From assembly GCA_051047955.1 (NCBI GenBank), contig JBPGPT010000044.1, positions 62,001-105,111 of the forward strand: 43,111 bases of DNA. The letters run 5' to 3'. The stretch is from Cystobasidiomycetes sp. EMM_F5 (Eukaryota). The translations under genes and the position numbers were made by a program. Each line of letters begins with the position of its first letter. Positions within the stretch are counted from its first letter, which is position 1. Below, one piece after another: positions 11,317 to 22,253 of this stretch. Below the pieces are notes generated by a model, which ran no database searches, was not told the DNA's origin, and worked only from the letters and a program-made list of their open reading frames with translations.

Positions 11317-13250
11317 ATGCGCAGGACTCTGCTAGCACTGTCGCAGCCTGTAAACACTGGCAGCAGCTCTGGCAGCCATGGCGTCCGAAAGGCGTACAAT
11401 CCATATCGTCCAGAAGTCCCGCTCCCGGCTGCCCCGTTGCGCCGTGCCGTCATCAGGAAGCTCAAATTTGTGACCGAGAGCCATGGGCTGTTAGCGAGCG
11501 ATGGCAGCGTCAGCAGTGCTCATAGCGAGGTGACTCCATCGACTCTTTTGCAAGATGGCCTGCAGACCTCGTACATGGTTGGAGCCGAACCTGGCACCGG
11601 ACAGCCACTGAATCTCAATTCCCATGTTCCAGCCGGTGGTCGTAGCGTTAATATAAACTCCGCTGCTCATACCCTACACTCGTCCTCCTCACACTCTCGT
11701 CATTCCAGTCTAGCAGACCCTTCAGACTCGCAGTCAGACTCCCTTCCACCCAAAAGTATTGGCAGCAGCCGAAACTCTCGTTATAATCACTCGTCTTCAG
11801 CACCTTCCGCCTCGTTGGTATGGCTCCTTGCACTCGCTGCAGCTGCCGCCGGCGGAGGATATTTGTACTCAAGATCCAACTCTTCAGAAAATAACAGTGT
11901 CTCGGCGCAAGTAGCCCGCGACGCAGCATTGTCGAATGAAGTACGTAATCTGCCTGACGCGCGGATATGACTTAGAAAGGCTGATATTGATGTATCCGGC
12001 AGCCGTACAATGCTCAACTCCTGCAACAAATTCTTGCGGATTTCCCGCGGCCGCCGGAGGATGATCCGTCTTTGCCAATGGCTGAGCGCATGGAGACATG
12101 GATCAAATCACTACAGAACCGGATCTGCCAAGCTATTGAGCGGGTTGAAGCGGACGAATGTCATAGCACGACTTCAAAGCAAATACAGCGTGAGCCAGGG
12201 ACCTTTTACAGAGACTCTTGGCTCCGCAAAGAAGGCGGGGAAGGTATTTCCTGCGTATTGCAAAATGGTAGGATATTCGAAAAGAGCGGCGTGAATGTCT
12301 CTGTCGTCTATGGCAAGCTCCCGCCTAGAGCTGTGGAATCGATGACTGCGGATCACGAAGGCAAATTCAAGGTCTGCTCTCGTCCGATCAAATACGATCG
12401 TTGCTGCTGACCACGTATTTTGCTTTCAATATAAACAAATTAGGGATGGTACGACGGGAAAAGCTTGCTGCCGTTTAAAGCGCTTGGCATCAGCTGCGTT
12501 ATGCATCCTCATAATCCAGCTTGTCCGACCGTGCATTTCAACTACCGCTACTTCGAGTGGGCAAATACAATCTTGATCATGCAATGATTGATTAGTGACC
12601 ATATGACCCTCGCGTCCATTGTTTTCAGAGTCGAAGATCCCAAGAATCCTGGACAACCTAAGGCTTGGTGGTTTGGCGGCGGGTCAGATCTGACTCCCTC
12701 ATATCTCTTCCCGGTTGACGCGCAGCACTTTCATACCAGCATAGCTTCGCGATGTACGAACCCAGCCTACTCTTACGCTCGTTTCAAGAAGTGGTGCGAC
12801 GATTACTTCCTGATTAAGCATCGCGGAGAACGGCGAGGTCTGGGCGGTATCTTCTTCGACGACCTGTCTACTGCCCCTGGCGATACGCAAGGTCGGGAAG
12901 ACCTCTTCTCCTGGGTCAAATCATGTGGGGAGGGTTTTGTCGAGAGTTATGTGCCAATCGTACAACGCCGCAAGCACGCAGTTTATACAGCTCGAATGAA
13001 ACAATGGCAACAGCTTCGCCGAGGTAGATATGTCGAGTTCAACCTCGTTTATGATAGAGGAACACAATTTGGATTACGCACGCCCGGTGCACGCATCGAG
13101 AGTATCCTGATGAGCCTGCCGCTCACTGCCCGATGGGAGTACTATGCCAAACTCGGCCAAGATGAGGGTTCTGAAGAGGCGAAGCTATTGCATGTTCTGA
13201 GTACGCCGGCAACGTTGTGGAGCATAGATATGCGGACGAGAAGAAGCTGA
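11317..13250 (+). CDS. HEM13: Oxygen-dependent coproporphyrinogen III oxidase with long N-terminal extension and TM segment; 3 introns
   Basis: Motifs [84 protein letters not shown] and ESILMSLP. Confidence 0.95.
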
Positions 13251-13372
13251 GCAGAGACTTCCCGCAGAAAATCCGCAAGATTGGGTGAAACAGGATGCTT
13301 AACTTGTATTCCGATACTATGCACCAAACCTGACACGGGCAGAGAAGGATAATAACAACACTTTCCGGAAAT

Positions 13373-16300
13373 CTAAACTCCGGTACTGGCGCGACTTATC
13401 ATATCCTTAATGGACACAGGCCTCCAAGCAGTTCCTACCGCATCCTGAGCGTATATGAGGTCGCCGTGCATATAAATTGTGACACCACTGCGGCCATCGA
13501 CGCCAGGAGAGACGCGGAAAAGAGCCATGCCCGATACAGGATGCGCTTTTCCGGTAGGCATAAACAAGAGATTGTTCTCCGCAACGAGCTCCTCCACCAC
13601 GTTACGAAAAGTAACATCGGGCGCATCTGGGAGCGCCCTGCTCGCTGTCTTTGGTGGAAGATGCCCATTCGCTTTGTCGAGCAAGGTCGATGGAACGCTG
13701 TTATCGGGCTTCTTCAGTCGGTATTTGGCATCCTCACCAAAGGCCATGGCCTGATTCATGAGGTCTAATGCCCTGCTGAATCCTCGCACCACGACCGGCA
13801 TGTCATCATAATTCGCGAAGACCTCCCTCTTCCACCAGGTGTACCACTCTACAACTTGCTCGTAATTGACAGAGGGAGCGATAAGCCATGTATGTAAGGC
13901 ATCCAGAAGTTTCGGAAAGAAGGCAGCTTCGAGAAGTTGGGAGAGCATCGATTCTCGTAACAGGGGTCGCCACGAGAGAACAAGTTGAAGAGGGGCCAGT
14001 TCTTGCTGACGAGGGTTGATCGTGAACCGCTCGCGCAAGTGACTTCCCAGTTGCGGTACAATATGTTGTAAGCAGAGGTTGTCCCATTCAGCTGGTGCAA
14101 TAACATCTCGCCAGGGAGCAAGATCTTCTGGTAATCCATCTTTAGGTCGCCAATTCTTGGGTAGACCGCGCACGCGACGTTTGGCTTCATCAATTAGTGT
14201 ATCAGAGCGAGATGCTGCGTGCTGCAGCCAGGGAAAGACAATATGGTGCAAACTTGTTGAATTCTTGCTCGCGGCTTTCTGACTGGCTCTCGTCGGCACC
14301 CAGTCTGATATGGCTTTGTGGACTTTCGGTAATATCAGCTGGTCCAAGATATTGTCGCTAATGAAGCGGGGTAATAAGCCGGACGCTTTCCAATTCGAGT
14401 ACAGTTCAACAGCGGGTTCGGGTTGCGCTGCAGACCAGTCATTGTTGATGGCCGAACGAATTCTTGGCATCCACATGCTCCACATCATGGTCTCGAAAGC
14501 CGTCATCTGCTTCTCTGGCTGCTTGCCATTTTGTACAGAGCGAGCAGAGCCGTACAGATCGACCTGGAGTGCATGATCTGCATGATTGTCATCCCGTCTT
14601 TGCAGTCGAAAGGCTTTCTTCCAACGCTTCAGGTCGCTTAGATACGCCGTAGGATTCGTGAGCGGATCCCAATCCGCCCATGCGCGCTTCATCTGTCGCA
14701 ACAGACGTCAATCGTAAGATTGCACAGTCGACATACTCTACTTACAGTTGGCGCAATTGCAGAAACCACCACTTCATCAAGCCTTTGTTGCTCAAATTCT
14801 TCCGAAGAGGCAATCGTCAATAGCTCATCGAAGGGGTCGGTGAAGGCCTCCAAGGGTTTCTCCGGAACGTCAAACTGACTTGTCGTGACCATAGAAACTT
14901 TATTGATGGCGGATGTGATGTCCAAGATTTGCTGCAATCTGGCTATCCCTGTAAACGATGTGTCAGCTAAATGCCCCATACCGGCGGTTCAAACGACAAG
15001 CTTACTATCTTCCATGTCGTTCACTATGGCCTTGACCTTTTTGTCCTCTCGATCCAGCCATTTACGCCTGTCTTCAACCGCATGAGCTTCGTGGGCTAAG
15101 TTGTCGAGATCACTTTTAGCAGAATCTGTAATAAGTCTCAGGTTGTCACGAAATTCGGGGATCCGAGTAGCATCGCTGGTCGGCACATCGTGATGATGGG
15201 ACATAGCTGACAGTGCAGATGTTGACAGCTGTTTCCCAGAAAGGTCGGTGATGAGCCCAACACCGCTTGAAGGTCCAGCAGTCGCATTTGCGACAATCTC
15301 TTCGTATGTGAGATGCTGAACCTTTGCTTTTCTAGGTCGCGGCTGCTTCCAAGCTGGCGTCCCGGCTGGCTGCTTTGGCTTCCCTTTGCCCGTACTCTTG
15401 CCCTTGCCACGTCCTGATTTCCGATGTCCGGCATCACTCTCCTCATCATCGTCCGTGACATCCTCGCCGCCGTGGGCTTTCCTTCGTTTTTCCTCGACCT
15501 TGGATTGCTTTGTTCGTTCGGTGAAGCCCTCATAAGCCAAACCCATGCCCTTTGGACGCAGCTTGGACTCGAGGGGAGTTACGATTCCTGTGCCTTCATT
15601 CCCTAACCCTGTCCCTGCAGACCAGCCCATCTTGCTGAGCAGCTTGAAACCATAACCACCTTTTGAGGCCAGACTTGCAAAGTGCTTCTCCTCATCTCTG
15701 GCAAGCTTGACAGGTTTGCGCTGAGCAGATGACACGCCGGGAGTGCCGCTACGGGAAGAAGCTGCTGCGCCTAGGAATGCACGCCTCTCTCTTGATGGAC
15801 CAGGCTCAGGTGTTCCAGAAACAGAAGAAACGTTAGAAGTGGTGGTTTGCGCAGCAGCTTGAGCAGAGGTCTGCGGTGTAAAAGCTTGTGCAGCAGCTCT
15901 TGAAGCACTTCCTATACCTCCCCTTGCTCGTTGTCCGATTGCAGCTTTGTTTGGCTGAGGTTTGGGTTGTTCGGAAAGAGCTCCTGCGAGAAGATCATTG
16001 TTGACCGGTCGATTTCTACCAATACCTCCCGCACCAGGGATCTCCTCCTCTTCCTCCTCGTCTCTGTTTCTTGGGACTCTCGCTCTCGGTCGTTCATCGC
16101 CCGACGAGTCATCGCTGCCTGAGTTTGCATCATCTTCGCTTTCTTGGCCATCTTCGTCTGCTGCGTCGCTTTCAGCCGAGGATGGCGCTTCAGAAGCTAC
16201 TTGTGCTTCAGGTATTGCATCGGCGAGATCCATAGTCTGATTATTTGGGCCATTATCGGAATTAGCAGTTGCAGATGCTGGCACGAAGGCTTGAGTTCTG

Positions 16301-16653
16301 CATGATTATGACACTGCCGTCAGCATTATAGAGCAATTACGAAGACTTCTCGTTCAGCATCCTTACCTCTTCAAAGCCTTGTCGCCTTTAAGCCCACCAT
16401 ACTTTTGACCGGCATCATCATCATTTTGTTCAGCCCAGATGCCATACAGCGCTTCCTCCTTGCCATTGACCCGCCGCCGTTTGTTCTTTCCTTTCCGACC
16501 ATATGGATCGCTGAATCTCAGTCGCTCAGCCCGCGCATCGGGGTCCTCGTCGTCGTCATGGTCCAGCTCGTTGTCGCCGGGATCCTTGTCGTCAGAGCCG
16601 TCAGACGAGTCGAGGTCGTCATCAGAGATGTACTGCTTCCTGCGTCTTCCCAT
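13373..16653 (-). CDS. TFIP11: G-patch/GCFC spliceosome disassembly factor (TFIP11/Spp382/Ntr1); 3 introns
   Basis: TIP_N-like KEEALYGIW motif, G-patch GYGFKLLSKMGWSAGTGLGNEGTGIVTP..RPKGMG, and a GCFC domain (DNILDQLILPKV, INPRQQ, FFPKLLDALHTWL). Confidence 0.9.
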
Positions 16654-17020
16654 CAATCGTAGAGGCAGGTAATGGCAGTATTCACTCGAGACAGGGCTTC
16701 AGCCTGATGGGTAACCAGTCAAGCCAGGCCGAGTCACGGTCAAGGTTCATCATCAGGTAAACAGGAACGAATGCATTGCACATCGCCGACAACAATTATA
16801 AAGGACAGAGACTGAGAACAGCGAATGCAAGCTTCGACGCTGGCTTGCCGAGCGGAAGGAGAGAAAGCTCTATTCGCAGACCAAGCTGGACGGTAGAAAG
16901 AAGCGCGAAAAGGGTATCACTGGGATACCTGGCGATCAAGACTGTAGAGCGATACCAAAGAGTCACTGAAAGTCTGCTATGGAAGCTGCGGACGACTCAC
17001 TGCCAACCAGCTAATCCGTG

Positions 17021-17615
17021 CTAGTTCTCCGAATGAAGGAGACGAAGTTTCCGTGGGAAGCCTAAAAGATCGCATAGAAGCCGTTAGGCAAGGGCGACTT
17101 CGGCTATGTATATACTCACGCTTGCGGACATTGAGACTGTTTGCCGAAGAGTGGAGGGCGCGTCTTCTCCTCTTGGCCAGGCGAGCCAGCGTATTCTCAT
17201 TGGTGTAGGCTGCTGACGATGCATTGCTGGAGCGGATACCAAGCAGGTTCAAAGGAAGTGCTTTTGTGATACCTTCGAGGGATTTAGCCTTGGTGGGGAG
17301 TCGCGGCATAGACAGGGGTAATCCGGCAGGCAGACCAGCGGGCAAACCAGCAGGTAGGCCAGCGGGTAGTCCATTTGTCAATCCGCCCACATCGGGTACG
17401 CCCTTGACAGCCTTCAAAGGTGATGAGATGTCGTTCATCTTGATTGGGAGCGCATCGAGGGGTCCGCCAGAATGGCTGCCACTGCCTACGATAGGTAGAC
17501 CGGCAGGGAGGGACGGAGTGTCGATGGGCAGTCCTCCTAGTGGGAGTGCCAGTGCACCAGCTACGATGAATGCGACCAACAGGCGGAGGATGGCGACGAC
17601 GCAGCGTTGAGTCAT
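17021..17615 (-). CDS. Small secreted Pro/Gly/Leu-rich protein with PAGL tandem repeats
   Basis: Hydrophobic signal ending ALA-LP, (GLPA)n tract and basic KRRRR/KR sites. A probable intron at 17062-17119 (GTGAGT..CTAAC..TAG) gives a stop at 17021; the unspliced ORF ends at 16977. Confidence 0.7.
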
Positions 17616-17962
17616 GGTTGTAATTTGACGTTTGAAGGGGGTAGTCGATGAAACGCGAAATTAGAATGAAGGTGAAAACTATTCGACAGATGTGAAGCGC
17701 GAAAGTAGATGTGAAGAGTTGGAAAGTGAATGAGAGGAGCGGACACCATTGACTTGAATTTATAGCCCACTCTTGTTTTTCTGTTTACGCGCTAGTACTG
17801 TGCCCGCCTGCCCCTCGTCGCGCCCTGCCCGGCCACCCAGGTAGCGCTTACAGCCTGCCATTGCATCTTGCGTGATACTGACGTTGTGTTTGTTGCTCAC
17901 AACAATTCTGACTGGTGTGAGGCTGACAAGCTGCTCCCAGGCTCTGTGCGCCACACACATCC

Positions 17963-19035
17963 TTAGACTGACATTATATTTTGATGAACAGAAGCTGGCA
18001 GGTTGTTGCGAAGAGTGTCGCCCGACATGGTGGAGCCGTCGTTGCTCTCAAGGCGCCTGCGAGCGCTTTCCTGTAGAAAGGACCGATTCTCCTGTACGAC
18101 CTCCAAGACTGCTTCAATTGGCTTCAAATTCGCTGCGGCCTTGTACTTTGCTGGGTCTGACGAACGCAGCTTGGCGTGTTCTCGACGACGTGCGGTATAA
18201 CCCGGAATATCGTCCAAAGCGGGCGCAGGACTGTGATTTCAGATCGTCAGAATGTATCTCCGCCATATGCCAAAGGTGGACGTACTCGTTCCATTCGTCA
18301 ACGAGCCGTCGTGCTACTGAAATCGCGCCATTCGGCTCCAGCACGATGCACTCTGCCTGTGAAAGGAAGACGTCAGACCAGGGCAAGACAGCGAATTCGA
18401 TTCCTACCTGAGCTGGATCTGCAAAGCCATAAACTCGAAGGGCCTGATATATCTTGCGCCGATGAACAGAGTAACGCTGCAGCTGGCTCTCCAAGATTTC
18501 GCCTCGAAAAGCAAGCAAGACTGGCTCTTTCTGAAAGATCTTTGCGAAATATGTTCCACGCATCACGAGCCAACCAATCACAGACTCGAAGAGAATTATT
18601 GTAAGCAATGCGAGTAGTCCACGAGTGAGATTGAGCTCCGGCTGCGTAATGATTCGTGACATTGTGCTGCGGAGAGATGTGACTCAATATCAACTGACGC
18701 ACGAACGGCTTTCTCGTCGCATTGCTTGTCAACCTGCCTGCCTAGCGTGATATTCGCTAACACGGAGAAGATGGATAGATTGGACAAGTGTCGTGCAGAC
18801 GCAATGCGCAGGTATCTGTAAGGCAGGGAAGAAGCCAGTCAGGCTAGTACAGTTGAAAAGATGTCGCAAGAACCTTACATCCATACACAGGCGATGACGA
18901 TGGCTTCGAAGCATCAACGGGATATATCCATCAAAAGCGGGCGAGGTCGGTCATGGTGGTGGACTTACCTCCGACAGTGATTGGGTGCAATATGGAAGTA
19001 CTGACATAGAAGTCGGACACGTTAATGACAGACAT
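17963..19035 (-). CDS. DUF421/YetF-family membrane protein; 5 introns, one GC-AG
   Basis: Spliced model MSVINVSDFYVSTSILHPITVGAIVIACVWIYLRIASARHLSNLSIFSVLANITLGSTMSRII...KEPVLLAFRGEILESQLQRYSV...IYQALRVYG..AECIVLEPNGAISV matches the YetF pattern (R..G.R.LS....D.....LGS; P.LL...G; LR..G; LE.NG.ISV). Confidence 0.8.
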
Positions 19036-19188
19036 GGCGTGAGGCTTTTTGTTACTGGTTCATTACTCGTACATGAGGCTCTTGCGGTTAATAGAGGTCT
19101 ACAATCAAGTCTCGCCTTTCATATAACAACTTTCGGCACCGAGCCGGTGATGATCGAGCAAACGCGTCTCTTGAAGTGGCGCAGTGTG

Positions 19189-20208
19189 TCAAGCGGAGCC
19201 TCGTCTCCCTTGGTGAAAGATTAATCGATTCGCAGGCTGAGTATTGCTGTAGCTAGATCTCCTCACTGTTTTGACCGACCCGCGGTAAACCCTGGCTATA
19301 CGTACCCGGTTGTGCTTCATGGGAATAAATACCTTTTCGTGACCGTGTTGTGCTAGCGTTCGTTTGAGATCCATCAGAGATCTGTAATGACTGCTGGCAA
19401 CACTCGTTCTGTATACCCTGAGACTGTGCAGTTGCATAGTCGATAGAGCAGCTTCAAGTTCTCTAAAATCTTGCAAATACATCGATTTTTCGTACGCGCC
19501 TCCGTTTATTATCGCAGTCGAATTCGCACGGAAGTGAGCAGCTCGCACTCGCAGGTGAGACTCAGCGATGTCGTAGTCGTGCAAGCCAGCGAGAAGAGGG
19601 AGGTCCATCTGAACAAGCAAAAAAAGGAGATTGTGCAACTCCCGAAATTTCTGCAGAACCCCAAAATGGCGCAAGGCTCCTCTCGTGAAAGGTGTGGTGG
19701 TGCGCCAAACTTTGCGGCAGCTGTCCAGGAAGCGCCGCAACTCGTCTATCGTTGAGGGAAATCTTGACGGCATCGCCAGATCATCCAGCCATTGCCAGGT
19801 AGCCATCCGGTACATGACGTTCAACAGAACTCGTGAGGCGAACTGTTCGAATGTAGTTCCAGGGCGCGCCTCCCTGGTGGTTGTTTTCAATTGCTTGAAG
19901 ATGTCAGACTGCCAGTCTTGTTGCTCCGAAAACGACTTGAGAGCTGCGTAGGCAATGATCTGCTGTTCCGCTGGTATCACGGTATCCGTTGGTAAGAACG
20001 GTGTGTATCTTGCAAGAAGAGACTCTAGTGCTCCTCTGTCGCCAATGTGGGGATCCGTAGGCTTAACAACGCGAGGTTCACTGAATATCGTGGTTGCTCG
20101 CTTTAAGATGCCAGGCTGCGGTGTATCAGGTATCTCGCTCGCCGGGGTTTCAGCATTTTTGGTCTTACTAAGCGCGAAGTTCTGTAGCGCCTTGCTGAAC
20201 TTGCGCAT
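19189..20208 (-). CDS. Hypothetical (orphan) protein
   Basis: Long ORF. A CTAAC..CCAG acceptor near 20220 suggests an upstream intron and a start at MRKFSK (20208) rather than 20274. No recognisable domain. Confidence 0.6.
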   Translation of the reverse strand: MRKFSKALQNFALSKTKNAETPASEIPDTPQPGILKRATTIFSEPRVVKPTDPHIGDRGALESLLARYTPFLPTDTVIPAEQQIIAYAALKSFSEQQDWQSDIFKQLKTTTREARPGTTFEQFASRVLLNVMYRMATWQWLDDLAMPSRFPSTIDELRRFLDSCRKVWRTTTPFTRGALRHFGVLQKFRELHNLLFLLVQMDLPLLAGLHDYDIAESHLRVRAAHFRANSTAIINGGAYEKSMYLQDFRELEAALSTMQLHSLRVYRTSVASSHYRSLMDLKRTLAQHGHEKVFIPMKHNRVRIARVYRGSVKTVRRSSYSNTQPANRLIFHQGRRGSA

Positions 20209-20708
20209 GCTGCAGGAGCTGGAATAGGTTAGAGCCATCAATTTCAGGACCGTCCGAGATGTCAGATTTTGCATAGCCCAGTAACCGCCTCGTAGGGGCG
20301 GCGAATACGAAACAATGGGTACTCTTCGATTGCTGGGGTCAGGGACTAACCACGGCTAGGTAGGCATTGATTGTGGGGAGTGGGCGCTGGGGAGATGCCC
20401 AAAGGTAGTCGCGATACCAGGACGTAAACAAGCATCGTCGCTGAACTCATCCACCATACATCGACACATGGAGAGTACTGTGACGATTAACATTACTGCT
20501 GCAGCTGGTGTTGCTTTTAACCAAAATGCAACTTATTGCAGTATTCTGCCCATTAAATTATGACTTCATTATCGCCACCGGCGGCTGTTCTGCGATCCGA
20601 TGCCCGTAGCGTAAGCTGGTGCTTCGTAGCTTGCTTCTAGTTCAACGACATTGTTTTCTGCTCAGTAGAGGAAGACCCTGCCTTGACATAAGCCCCGACA
20701 CCTCAGCC

Positions 20709-21084
20709 ATGGACGGAATCAAGGTGGGCATTCGAGCTGGAGCACAAGCATAAATGCGTCCGCCTGACGCGACCAATAATTTTGTGCATACGATAGCAAA
20801 CCGTGGCTCAAGCAGCCGGCTCATTCCGCGAGGATGGTGCGATAGGATCCAGCTTCAAGGCTGATGGAACAGCTGGCGGCACCGCTCAGTCGGTCGGAGG
20901 ACCACTTGACAAGAAAGGAGCGATAGGTCACCAGTTCACAACTGAGGGTGAGAGGCCTGTCCTTTGGTATCTGCGGACCTTCATTGACTCCTTCGTTACA
21001 GGTGCGATTGGAGGGACGGTCCAAGCTGCGGCCGAGCGAATCTCCGGTGGTAAGGCTACCTTTGCGACCAATGACGACGAATAG
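20709..21084 (+). CDS. Small Gly-rich protein with internal repeat; 2 introns
   Basis: ATG GAC GGA ATC AAG|gt..ag|QTVAQAAGSFREDGAIGSSFKADGTAGGTAQSVGGPLDKKGAIGHQFTTEG|AIGGTVQ.. with a repeated F..[DE]GAIG motif. Confidence 0.75.
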
Positions 21085-21404
21085 CTGACGGTGGTTACTT
21101 GCGTCACAGCCGCCGCTGCTTCCAGTTCAGATCCTTCAGTCGCGCACAGAACAGGCGTTGAGCATGAGACTAAGAAATACGCGTAAAGTGCGCGATGTAT
21201 ATGGTGGACCAATTCGTTGTAAAGGAAGCCAATGGAGCGCATAAAGACAGAGAGCGGACACAGAACACCGGGAAAGTATCACGGTTACGGGGTGTCATTA
21301 GCATGTCCATTAGTGTGTGTTGACCATTGCATTGTGGACCGAGATCGTCGCGTGACGGAGATGGTATCGAGTGCTTGACGCGCTTGGTTCCGCACCCATC
21401 ATTC

Positions 21405-21902
21405 ATGAATCGACTTCGGCAATGCTGCTGCTCGGTGTCGTCTGCAATGAACAGACAACCACCAATCCGACGTGTCTTGCCGCCATTGCACCGATCAATG
21501 GCAACAGCTCGCAAGCCAGCCAAAGTCGTCGCGGCTGCTGGTCATGAAGTCGAGGCGCCTACGCTCTCCGTAGGTCTCTACCAGAAGCATAAGACGCTTA
21601 CAACAGAACACTGAAACGGCTTCTTCGCCAGTCGCAGCAGTTTGATACCAGTGCAACGGAGAGCAAAACGAAAGCTCTCACACAAAGAGAACGCGACGAA
21701 TTGTTACTAGCAAAGATGAAGGAGCGCATGTCTCAGGATGGCGATGAGCGTGAGTTGCTCTGCATCGCAAACATCGAGTATACGATGGTCTGACACTCCT
21801 GCTTTATCGCACACGCTTAATCGAACAGTTTGGGAAGACGGAGAACCGGCATCGTCTGGACTGCGAAAGAATGTAAAGGCCAACATGTTTCGTGTCATCT
21901 AA
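21405..21902 (+). CDS. Small (~118 aa) probably mitochondrial protein; exons 21405-21569, 21632-21749 and 21829-21902
   Basis: Canonical introns (GTAGGT..CAG; GTGAGT..CTGAC..CAG) with consistent phases. Arg-rich, acid-free N-terminus. C-terminus ERDELLLAKMKERMSQDGDELWEDGEPASSGLRKNVKANMFRVI*. Confidence 0.75.
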
Positions 21903-22253
21903 TCAGTTCGATGATTTAAAGCTCGGAAGGTCAGCCTTGCCGGAAAGCCCGCTTCAAGGCCTAAGTTGCGCAATAATCGACGCTCCAGGAAGCTCAGTCG
22001 CTGTACACGGTCAGCAATCCTGTTGGGAGAGGGTGAGCAGCGTAGTGCAGGTGCTTGCATGATCATCGACAGTGCACAGAGAAGGAGAATGAGAATCAAG
22101 CAGTCCGGGGCTGTATATGCAGGATTGGCGTTGCATTGCAGACATTGTGACCTCTTTGTGTAGCATATCACACAACAACCTATAGAGTCCCAAGTATCGC
22201 ATGCACGGCCGCATCTTCCTTATGGGAACTGAGAAACCAATGAAGACGAGATT

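Noticed and set aside
21730..21795. snoRNA-like segment (GATGA..CTGA with TGTC/GACA ends)
   Set aside because: Explained by the exon 2 end and the intron branch point (CTGAC) of the small gene at 21405-21902.
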